From Geosiphon pyriformis uo1 (taxonomy: Eukaryota > Fungi > Glomeromycota): DNA of 64,000 nucleotides. The notes under the pieces were generated by a model, which saw nothing but the letters and a program-made list of their open reading frames with translations, searched no databases and was not told the origin of the DNA. Where the stretch lies: positions 83,383-147,382 of the forward strand of contig JAAOMT010000240.1 of assembly GCA_016748015.1 (NCBI GenBank). Reading direction: 5' to 3'. Shown here one piece after another: positions 53,406-64,000 of the stretch. Positions within the stretch are counted from its first letter, which is position 1; each line of letters starts with the position of its first letter. The position numbers and the translations under genes are program-made.

Positions 53406-55169
53406 ATGGCGGTACCAATTTTACCAGCTGACTGCGTTGGGGAAATTGTTGGGCACTTGCATGAAGACAACTCATCGCTACACTCTTGCATATTGGTGAA
53501 TCGCTTATGGTGTGAAAATGGAATGCGATTTTTATGGCGCCAACCTTTTCGACTTGCCAAACTCCTTCCCATTAATCGACAAATATCTCTTATCGACACA
53601 TATTTGTCGTGTTTATCTGCTGACGAAAAAACCGATTTGTTCGAGAGTGAACGTGTGTATGTTCCCTCATTGACAAACAGCTCTCCAGCTTTCAACTATC
53701 CAGAACTTTTGCGCCACCTTAGCATTGAGAATCTTTACTTGTGTGTTTCAAAATGGGTAGACAAAAATAAGTGTGAAGGAGTCCGAAGCAGTCACAGTGT
53801 CAAGGTTCTTTGTCAGGAACTTCGTAGTCTTTTTATGAGACGTAGTCCCATACTTGATTCCTTAAGTCTGGACATGGTTCCTGATGACCGATGGCCTGGT
53901 TTTCCTTCTTTCTTATATTATTCTGAAGCTGAGACATGGCTTTACAGATTAAGGGAATTTGCTATTATTGCTCCATTAATTAAGTGGGGCGTCTTTGATG
54001 ATTTAGCCCGACATACAATACAACTACGTAAATTGACTATATATTTAGTTAGTTATCCAAGACAACCGACCGAAGCACGAAGCTTGGCTGGTTTTATTCA
54101 AGCACAAAAAGGACTAGAACATTTTAAACTGGTAAATCATACACATTTGAGCCAGAACAATTCACGCGTGTCTCCACCAATACATCTTAGCGTTCCCGTT
54201 AGACTCCAAGCTCGACAAAATGCACCGATAGTTGCTACCCCACCCACTATCATTATCTCACAGGCTGTACAAGCAAACCACTCAAATCAGGTATCAGGGC
54301 CAGTTTCAATTATTATCCCCCAGCTTCCTACAACCTTCACTGCATCCTCTGAAACTAGATGTCTTCCGATTATTCTCTCCGCTTTACTTAGTCAATACGC
54401 TACTTTGACTCAAGCTGAATTTGTTGGATTGAAGTTTAATGACAGTGCTTCCCTAAGTGTTTTATCCAATTGCTGCAAATTACTAGAATCAATAGAATTG
54501 AGCAGATGTCATTTTCCTCGTGACTTATCAGTTAATTCTTCCTGGTTGCCTCAAGAATTGCCAGCGTTACGAAAAATTTATTTCTCACCAGTTGATCCTG
54601 TAATTGATGATGTCTACTGGCGATTAGTTCGTAAAACAAATATCAACCTGAAAGAATTGTGTATTCGTTCTTCAACCACTCTTTGCCAAGACACTTTTTC
54701 AATGTTAGTTGTATCCATCAGCCGTCATTGTCCAAATCTTTTTTCACTTGCCTTGCCCGTGCACAAGAATGGCCTTTCACGCTTATGTGAACTTTTTCAT
54801 TCTTTCTCGCAACTTGAGAGGCTAACTCTTTTTATCAATGGTCAATGTGATACACTAATTGAGGATGAGGATAATAAAGCTGAGGATGATGTAAGTGGAT
54901 TTTTGCCAAAGCTTGGTTTGGTACTACCATTGACTTTGCGATATCTGGATGTAGAACTGCCATGGTGGTTTACTGCTGGTTCATTGGAATCTTTCTTGAT
55001 TAATTCAAAAGCTCCTCTGGAAACTCTCAAATTTCGAAATTCGCCCTGTATTTCTGACCAGCATCAAGTAGTGATAATGTTTTATTTGAATGATACGCTT
55101 GTGGATAAGGACATTGTGAACACCAAAAAATCACCTCTATTAATGGAAGATTCCATAAAGGGGTTGTAA
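53406..55169 (+). CDS. F-box / RNI-like LRR protein (intronless, 587 aa)
   Basis: LPADCVGEIV..LHSCILVNRLWC..LWRQPF, FNYPELLRHL, and LRR-like C-terminal repeats (FL..LG..LP.TL.YL; FT..SLE.FL.N). Confidence 0.85.
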   Translation: MAVPILPADCVGEIVGHLHEDNSSLHSCILVNRLWCENGMRFLWRQPFRLAKLLPINRQISLIDTYLSCLSADEKTDLFESERVYVPSLTNSSPAFNYPELLRHLSIENLYLCVSKWVDKNKCEGVRSSHSVKVLCQELRSLFMRRSPILDSLSLDMVPDDRWPGFPSFLYYSEAETWLYRLREFAIIAPLIKWGVFDDLARHTIQLRKLTIYLVSYPRQPTEARSLAGFIQAQKGLEHFKLVNHTHLSQNNSRVSPPIHLSVPVRLQARQNAPIVATPPTIIISQAVQANHSNQVSGPVSIIIPQLPTTFTASSETRCLPIILSALLSQYATLTQAEFVGLKFNDSASLSVLSNCCKLLESIELSRCHFPRDLSVNSSWLPQELPALRKIYFSPVDPVIDDVYWRLVRKTNINLKELCIRSSTTLCQDTFSMLVVSISRHCPNLFSLALPVHKNGLSRLCELFHSFSQLERLTLFINGQCDTLIEDEDNKAEDDVSGFLPKLGLVLPLTLRYLDVELPWWFTAGSLESFLINSKAPLETLKFRNSPCISDQHQVVIMFYLNDTLVDKDIVNTKKSPLLMEDSIKGL

Positions 55170-55914
55170 AAAGTTTAAGTTTAATGGATCTATTTGTACT
55201 TTAGCTCTTATCCGTGGTACATGGTTTTCCTCATGTTTTCAATGGATGGACAACTGCCTAAAATATTTATTCTATTAATCTTAGGAACATTTTGAAATTT
55301 TGATTCTGTTGGCACAGAGCATAAAATTCCTTGTAATATATATACTTTTTAATAAAATCTGCGAATAAGAAATCATCCATTAATCCATTAACACTCTGTG
55401 AAAGTAATCCAGACTGAAAATTTACAGTGATTAATCATATTTTATATATGAAGGCCGGCATCTATTCATCAGCATCCGTTTACATTATCATTTGGTAATT
55501 AAGCATCTTATTGGATAACGCATTTTGACTTAACCAGTCAATCCCGATCTTGGATGGTCGTTGACTTTTAAATAGCATTTTTTATTTCCTTCCCACTCAA
55601 AATCGATAATCGCTATCGTGGTGAGTTTTTTTTATTTTTTTTTAGAAGTTGTCTGTTTATTTTTATATTGAGAGCGAGAAGGGAGTTAAAAATAAAATTT
55701 CTTAACTCCCAAAACACTTGAAAATAACTCAAGTTAGTAGTATCGAACTTCTATTAGTGAAAAACTCCTATTTTTTGAGACGAAGTGTTTGGCCGTCTTT
55801 GTATTTAACCAATCTTTTTTTGCACCTTTTATTTGATACAATAAAGACTTGTCTCTAAGCTTCCAAATATAGGATCCCCTTGAACACTTGATCACTTTTA
55901 ATAAATTATTCAAG

Positions 55915-57169
55915 ATGTCAAAGGGAGGCGGTCGCACGAAAAAGGCAGAATATTTTGAAAAACTCAAGGAACTACTGGGGGAATATCCGTCAATCTTTAT
56001 TGTGAATGTTGATAATGTTGGGTCTAATCAAATGCATCAAATCCGAAGTTCGCTCCGTAAGAAAGCAGTTGTGTTGATGGGAAAGAATACCATGGTCCGG
56101 AGCTGTCTCAAGGGACTTATCAGCGAAAATCCCCACTTTGAAAAGTTGATGCCACATGTCAAGGGTAACATTGGGTTCGTTTTTACGAAAGGCGATTTAA
56201 AGGAGACAAGAGACGTGATCTTGTCCAATAGGGTAAAGTGCCATAAGTTAACCACCATGAAGAGTTTCTTTAAAAACAAATCCCTCCTTATGATCTGATC
56301 ATTCTAAATTAGGTTAAAGCTCCTGCCAAGGCTGGTTCTCTTGCCCCAATCGATGTATATGTGCCTGCTGGTAATACTGGTATGGAACCTGGCAAGACCT
56401 CCTTTTTCCAGGCTCTTGGTGTCCCCACCAAGATTGCTCGTGGTACGATTGAAATTATAAACGATATGCACTTGATCAAAGTTGGTTCCAAAGTCGGTGC
56501 TTCTGAGGCAGCTTTATTGAACATGTTAAACATCTCGCCGTTCACATATGGCTTGACGGTTGTACAAATCTTTGACAGTGGGGCTGTCTTCCATCCTTCT
56601 GTGTTGGATATCGAAGAGAAAACGTTGATCGATCGTTTTATGAGTGGCATTCAAATCATTGCTGCTCTGTCACTTCGTATCAATTATCCTACAATAGCAT
56701 CGGTGCCCCATTCACTCATCAATGGATACAAAAACTTGTTGGCTATTTCTTTAGCAACTGATTATACCTTTCCTGCCTCTGAAAAGGTTAGAATAAAATT
56801 TTTTCCTTGCAACCTGATTTTCATAAAAAGACCAAAAGATGAACGAAATTCTTCGACAAACATGGAAAATCTAAATCCTTGGATGATAAAAAAATATATA
56901 CTCTAATTTTTTGCTGATGGTTTTAAATAGTCTATTTATCCTAAGATTATTGGTTTCACTTAAGAAACATGAACAGTTTTTAATATTAACACATTTCTTT
57001 CGTCATCCAGATTAAAGCCTATCTCGCCGATCCAACCGCTTTTGCTGCTGCTGCTGGTCCTGTATCGGCTGCCGATTCAGCACCCGCTGTTGCTGCTGCT
57101 GCTGCTGCGAAAGAAGAAGAACCGGAGGAAGAATCTGATGAAGATATGGGTTTAGATCTGTTCGGCTAA
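55915..57169 (+). CDS. RPP0: 60S acidic ribosomal protein P0 (uL10)
   Basis: [37 protein letters not shown], Ala-rich hinge and [13 protein letters not shown]. Probable 5'-UTR intron 55621-55872. Confidence 0.97.
56829..56923 (+). ncRNA. Candidate intronic box C/D snoRNA guiding 18S rRNA methylation
   Basis: Terminal stem AGACCA/TGGTTT; C-like box AAGATGA (56836-42); internal CTAA and TGGATGA (D'/C'); D box CTGA (56914-17) preceded by ACTCTAATTTTTT, complementary to conserved 18S AAAAAAUUAGAGU. Confidence 0.6.
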
Positions 57170-58920
57170 AAGTCTGCTTATTCAAAGAATATGATTAAAA
57201 GCACACCACTCGAGAGAAAAACCAAAATCTCCTGTCTTTATGTAAAAAAAGAACAAGCAAGCGACTGTCAAATCAATAAAAGAATGTTTTTACTATATAT
57301 TGCTTTTAAATCATTTATTAGACAGAACATTTGAGACTAAATAAATCAATTCATAGGTTTGTATATGATGAAAATAACACTTTATTGGCTGCATAAGTTA
57401 AAACTATTATTAACATTTGCAAATTTATGATCTGAAATAATTATTAAAAATAATGAATTTAAAATAAAAATAAAAGTTTATTTAAATTTAAAGAAATTAT
57501 TAAATTTAACAATAAATAAAACAAATTAAATAATAAATAATATTAAAATATAATTAATTGCAATTTATATAATTTTAATTTTAATATTAACTTTTTAAAT
57601 TAAGGTTTTTAAATCATTAAATAAAATTGTTTTTTAAAAAAAACTTGTTTTTATGCAATTTTAAATAATATTGTTTTAATTTTTTTAATTAAAATTTTGT
57701 TACAATTTTACAAATACATTTTTTTATTGTCTAAATAATTAAGAAAACAACTTTTTAAAATACTTGTAAATTAATTTAAATTATTTGTAATAATTAATAT
57801 AAAAATTAATAATAAAAATTAAAAATAATTAATTTTTGAATTAAATTTTGCTTAATAACAATATTATTGTTTATTGCAAATTAAAATGCTTTGTTATAAT
57901 TAGCATTAATACTATAAAACTAATAAAAAAAACACAAAACTAATGGTTTAAAAATGCCAAAAAAAACTTTTTTAAAATTATAAAATAATTTAATAATTTA
58001 ATATTAAATAATAATAATTGCTTTTTTGCTGTTTTAATTTAAAAATAATAATAAAATTACACTTAATAAAATATTAAAAATTTTACAATTAATATTATTT
58101 TAATTATTTTGATTTTATATATAAATATAAATTATGTTTATATTATTAATTTTAACAATATATTTAATTAGATTGTATTTTTTAATATTTTAATTTTAAT
58201 ATTTTTACTTATTATTATTAATTTTTAAAAATTACTTATGTTTATTTAGCAAATAATTATAAATATACAACTTTTAAAAATAAAATGTGTGCAATTATTT
58301 ATTCTTAATTTGATAATTACAATTAAAAACTATTATTTTAAAAAATTTGTTTAAAAATAATTCCTATTAAAAACAAAAAATATATTTATTCAAAGTAATT
58401 ACATAAATCAAATATGCTTTAACTATTTAGTTATTTAAAATAGTTTATATAATATAATCACATAATATAAAATAATATATTCAAGAAATTTACAGAATTA
58501 CAATATAAAAACAAAAACTATGTATGAAAAAGATGCTGTTTAAATAAATTATTTAAAAATATAATTTCATTGTAATCAATCAACCAAACAGAAAGAGAAA
58601 TTTTGAACAAAAACTTGTTATTTACCAAGAGGAATATATACTTAATGATTTATTTTTTAATTTGAGCCCGTCTTTTTGATGGAAATATATATTCTTATCA
58701 TTTGGCACATTATGTTAAAAGCTCGATTTTTTACATTTCATTATTGTCACATTATTCATGTATCACAAAAAATCACGCAAGGATTCTCAACGAATAAAAT
58801 GGATATCAACTAGGTCGCGTTTTTTTTTGCATTCTTTTAAGATTCTACCCTACAGAAATCACTACCAGATACAACAATTTTTATTTTCTTTTACCCGGCT
58901 GGCGAAAGTACAGTGGCAAA

Positions 58921-60028
58921 ATGAGTATTGTCAACATCACAGATATCAAAGTGCTTGATAATCCCGCCCTGTTTTCAACTGACTTCTCGTTTGAGATCAC
59001 GTTTGAGTGTATTACCGAATTACAAGACGGTAAGTGTGGTAGTTATCAAGTGGGTCTTTATCAAATTCTCCAAGAGGGAGGGATGTTTTTCCAGAAACAC
59101 TTTGAATGAAGTTCAACATTTTGTGGCTTGGAGTATGCAATCCCAACCAACTCGGTCCTTCGCTTTTAGGTCACGCGTACAAAGCTATTGGAACGCGTTT
59201 TCAACTGCTAAAGCTTTTGAGTCTTTCTTTATTGTTTTATCCAAGTCCATGATTCAATAGTGTGGTCCAGTTCTTCAGTGTGTTACTGTGTGGTCAATAT
59301 TCAAATCTCAGTGCGTTCTTCTTGATTGCTATCAAATAGATTTGGAATGGAAGGTAATCTATGTCGGTTCACCGGAAGGCGAAGAACATGACCAAGTTCT
59401 AGATAGCATAATGGTGGGCCCTGTTCCGGCTGGCGTTAATAAATTCGTGTTTCAGGTAAATTTTTAGTCTTAAACACTTGTCTGACAAATCATTCTAAAA
59501 ATCTCACAAAGCTTACAATATTCACTAGACACCTCCCGCGGATCACACTAAAATACCACCAAACGATATTCTAGGTGTGACGGTGATTATCATTACATGT
59601 TCCTTCCGAAACCAAGAATTCGTGCGTGTAGGATATTACGTTAATAATGAGTATATTGATGAAGAGCTGAGGGAGAACCCGCCTGAGGAGATTCAATTAG
59701 AAAAATTGTACAAGAACATTTTGGCTGATAAGCCTCGCGTCACAAGACTGCGTATCAAATGGTAATTTCCAAAACGTGATAAAACTATTTGGTCAAATGT
59801 AAATCTAATTATGAAATTACCTTTTTTCTTATTAGGGATCTAGAAGGAGACGAACCCATGGCTGATGTAACAAATGTTGGAATGACTCAGGAGCCAGAAT
59901 CACAACAACAAGAAAGTAATCAGCTTAAAGGAGAAAGCTCCTTTGGTTTCTTCCCCTCTTCCCAACCAGCGACCTCACCATCATCCACTGACTTTGGAAA
60001 TCCTTCCTCTCTTACATTATCTTCCTAA
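58921..60028 (+). CDS. ASF1: Histone chaperone ASF1, 4 exons
   Basis: [23 protein letters not shown]; [11 protein letters not shown]; [13 protein letters not shown]; [13 protein letters not shown]; KPRVTR. Confidence 0.97.
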
Positions 60029-60425
60029 TGTTGCAACCTCCACGTATCCTCCATCGAACTTTATCAGGCAAGGTTTATGATCTGTAATTGTTTCAGGTTT
60101 GACGCTTGGATATTTTCATTTATCTCTATAATCTTTTAAAAATTTTTCCAGATAATTTTTTCTTATTGTATATTCTTCTCAATTTTTTATCAGCCTATTT
60201 TCACTAAGCTAGTAATATCTTTATACACGAGGCAAAATACTCCATCAATTTAGATTATTCACAAACGAGAAAATGAGGCCTACATCGCAGCTTGGTTTCC
60301 AAGCTTCTCTTTCATGAATATTGGGAAGAGAAATATTTCCGATTGAAATTATTTAAATTACACTTTGTTAAATTCAAAATATTTCTTTAAACAGAAGTTT
60401 ATTCAATCATCGAAATGGGGGAAAA

Positions 60426-61857
60426 TCATAAATCATTTTTGAATTTTGAAGAAATCCCACCTCTGGTTTTTGCGGTTATCCGAGTAGGGGTTGCTTCTGT
60501 ACTCTCCGGTGTTATAATGATATGTGGATTCTGGGCAGGTCGATACGGCAAAAAACTACCAAAAACAAAGTGTTGCACCACCGGAAACTTTTTTAGGGCC
60601 TCATCAACATACATCTTTAACAGGCCTGAGTTGATTTTTGTCCAATTGATTACACTTGAAATGTCGTATAGAATTGGCGAGTGTTCGTGGAATGGACCTT
60701 TTTTTACCTGATTCAAGCCGAATATGAAAATTTGCATTGAAAACCTCGAAAAATAGGAATTCTAGCAATTGAATTACCTCGTTTATATATTTTATACTTG
60801 AAAAGTACATGTATTCTTCAGCGTAAGTGTTTACCATGTCTTCTGATAGTATGGATTTTGGATTAATTCGGCGTTGATCTATAGAAAATATGTATAATGG
60901 AATAGCCGTATAAACCTCCAAGAAATCAAATTTAGTTTCCACAAAATTACCTCGAAGCTGTGCGCTACCCCAATAATATGATAAAAATTGATAATCATCC
61001 AACCCCCAAACTCCGTGACTTCCCGCTGGTTCAAGAAGATAGACGCGTTGCAATCCTCTTACCACCTCCAAATACCTTATCAATAAACCAAAAAAAACCA
61101 TTTTAAGAATGACATTTATGTCGCGAACATCTAATAATTAGGGATAAAATTTTCATGTTCAAAACTTGTAATAACGCGAAAAAGGATACTTGACAAACAC
61201 CCTCAACACCAAAGCGGTATGGTCCATTTGACCAAAAATCCCTATCTCATTTAGGCAGCATAACCAGGCGACAAAACTCAGTTCATGCCCGCTTCCATAG
61301 TCGATGCGTGTCCCATGGCCGAAACTTCCCACGAAGTATGGCACCAATTCGATGTTAGCTTTATGCCATTCGGGTGGTAAGATTTTTTCGTGAATCGTTT
61401 TCGCATTCTAGTAAAGTGAAAACATAAGAAGTGGAAATATATTGTTATGAACGAGATATTAGGAGAAGAATGTTACCTGTTCAAGGCGTGCTATCCAGTC
61501 GCGAAAAGCCTTATTACCAAACCTCTGGGGAGTTGGTAAAGGTGGTATTTCATCCACCCAGGCACTTATGGAATTTAATGAATCAACAATTTTCTGGGCT
61601 GTCTAAGCGAGTAGAAAAAAAGTCACCGAATTGTTCATAGATAATTCGAGAAGCTAGAGATATACCTCAGAGACGAAAAATTTGTCGGATATCTTTTTAT
61701 TCACAACACTCTGATTTAGATTTTGAATAAAGGTCATGAGACGGAAAAACGCTTCCGACTCGAGCCATGTTTTGATGTCGGGTTGTTCTGTTATTTCTTT
61801 TCTTGGTTGGATAAAGATATAGCCTTGCGGCAGCGGTTCGTAGTTTATTATCTCCAT
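60426..61857 (-). CDS. PTPA: PP2A phosphatase activator PTPA (Rrd1/Rrd2 family)
   Basis: QRFGNKAFR; [19 protein letters not shown]; [18 protein letters not shown]; [16 protein letters not shown]; [12 protein letters not shown]. Confidence 0.95.
61076..61189 (-). other. U12-type GT-AG intron in PTPA
   Basis: 5' GTATCCTTTT (full U12 consensus); branch candidates ATCCCTAAT and ATTCTTAAA; removal restores VFVK|YLEVVRGLQ. Confidence 0.8.
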
Positions 61858-62152
61858 TTTGTGAATTGAGGTCAACTCTCTTTCTAATCATATTTTCAGA
61901 AACTTGCCGGTTATGTTCAGTATTATAATTATTATAATCATCAAAGTTGCAACTTATACATACGTAATAATTAATTAATAAATTAATATAAATATTATCA
62001 AGCTATTAAACAAAGTTTTAAAAGATTATTTTTTTAATTTATGGTTTCAAATATATATAATTTAATTACTTACGTGTATCAATCTAAATTATTTTACAAC
62101 AGTATCAAAAATAAAATTTGTTTAATATTAATAATATTAGTTTTAGTTATAG

Positions 62153-62154
<2 letters not shown>

Positions 62155-62221
<67 letters not shown>
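62155..62221 (+). repeat. (AAT)n microsatellite
   Basis: Pure AAT run in an AT-rich spacer. Confidence 0.95.
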
Positions 62222-62223
<2 letters not shown>

Positions 62224-62832
62224 TATTTAATATTAATATATAAAAAACTTTATTTATATTATTTTGTTTTTAATTTAAATTATGCTACATATAATTATTT
62301 TTAATTTATAAAACTTATATTTAACTATTTAATTTAAGCATAATTTTAGGATATTTTAAAAACAAAAAAAATCAAATTTTTAATTTTTAAATACATAATT
62401 ATTAATTAATTTATTTTTAAATGTTAATTATTAATTTTGATTTTATATATTTAAAAAATGTATTAATTAATTATTATTATTATTATTTTATTAAGTTAAA
62501 ATAAGCAAATTTTGCAAATACTTTAAATAAACATTTTTTAATTATATAATTTTAAATTAAATACAAAATATATCTTCATATTAAAATAAATATATATTAA
62601 TAAGTTTTTATGTATTTATTTTTAAAATATAAAAAACTTTAATTATTAAAATAATTGTATTTAAATGATTAAAACAAAATTATAAAAATATTATTGTTTT
62701 AATTTTAACATAAAATATTTTTTTGGTTTTTATATTAATCTTTAATAATTTCTTAAAATAAGTTTATATGAAAAAAGATTTTTAAATAATGCTGAACATA
62801 TTTTTTTCATGTTATTATAAATCATAGTAAAA

Positions 62833-62893
<61 letters not shown>
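62833..62893 (+). repeat. (ATT)n microsatellite
   Basis: Pure ATT run; it accounts for the spurious poly-Ile ORF 62742..62939. Confidence 0.95.
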
Positions 62894-62894
<1 letters not shown>

Positions 62895-64000
62895 CATCAT
62901 TTTTTTACAAATAAAATCAATAATTTTTTTTTGCACCAAGTTAATTTATTTCCAGAAAATTTGGTTTATTAATATATTGTCTAAATTTAAAGCTTAATCA
63001 ACAATAAACAATTGTTATTGAATATTAATAATAACGAATAATTAGATTGACTTACGAATGGCGTGCTCCACATTTAATGGTATTTTACGAGAATAGTACG
63101 CAATAAAAATATGATTTAATTGATTAAAATAAATAAAGTTGGTATAAGAAATTACTAAATTAAATCTATTAATATTTTTTAAATCAATTATTTTCTGTGA
63201 TAAATAAGAAAACATTGAAAATTTGATTATTAAAAATAAAATTCATAATTATTGTTTATTATCTGACAAAAAATTGCAATCTAAATAAACTTGGAATATT
63301 TTATAAAAATCAATTCTTAAATTTATGCTTGATTTCTTTGAATTAGAGTTTTTGCTAATATTTCAGAAAGTTTATTAAACAAGTTTATCATTCATTTTAT
63401 TAATGACTTTGTTAATTTGGGAATTTTTAACTGAAATATAAGAATTCTATTTTCACAATCTTTTTGAGTTTCATTTTAATTGGACAAAATGACTTGGTTT
63501 TACTTGCGTCAAAGTGATACAAATTCCAAGTTTATTATATTTCAAGCTAATTTCAAATGTGATATTAATCTTTAGAAATTTGTAAAAGGCGAGAGCTATA
63601 TCTTGAGTTCTTTTAATATTTTAGTATGAAAATTAATCATCTTTCAAACTAATAAAATTAATAATTAGTATTTGTGGTTTTTAATACAATGTGCAAGATT
63701 ATATTAAATTGCTGTTACTGAGCTCAAAGTTCTCTCTGACACACCAAAGAGAATTTTTATATCATAATTGATCTTTTTTTTGCAGAATCATTTTTTGTGT
63801 CAAAAAATTCTATCAATTACTTTTCCGACTTTTTAAGCTAGCAATGACATGGAAACAATTTAAAGCTTTCGATCAATCAATCAAATGACAAATTTATCAA
63901 ATATATGTTCTGTGAGATATCTCAAGACCCTAATTTTAAGGGATATCCTCTTTCAATTAAAAGTGAAACAAAATTTTTTAAGCCCATTGTTTTTTTTTTT

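Overview
Eukaryotic, intron-rich, very AT-rich fungal DNA. The gene content (RAD51C, C12orf4, PRCC, PTDSS-type phosphatidylserine synthase, F-box/LRR family, U12 introns) points to an early-diverging fungus, most likely Glomeromycotina; this is an inference. Bases 1-5.5 kb are a decayed LINE (ORF1 zinc knuckle, then APE-RT-RNaseH-zinc finger ORF2 and an A-rich tail). About 17 conserved genes follow: PRCC, RAD18, C12orf4/FERRY3, an ADF-H/PH protein, dynein intermediate chain, USB1, PTDSS, RAD51C, an Rpp21/Snm1-like gene, BMS1, MED14, RPS15, ferrochelatase, an F-box/LRR protein, RPLP0, ASF1 and PTPA. They are separated by extremely AT-rich spacers. The most notable signals are: three minor-spliceosome (U12) introns, including an AT-AC intron in RAD18, all with long branch-point-to-acceptor spacing; a perfect spacerless 448-bp palindrome; an inverted-repeat-bounded cassette holding a host-gene fragment and a gag fragment; a candidate box C/D snoRNA in an RPLP0 intron complementary to 18S rRNA; and non-CpG C-to-T decay of the LINE. 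Multi-exon genes are given as whole spans. Exon structures were derived by hand and need RNA-seq confirmation.
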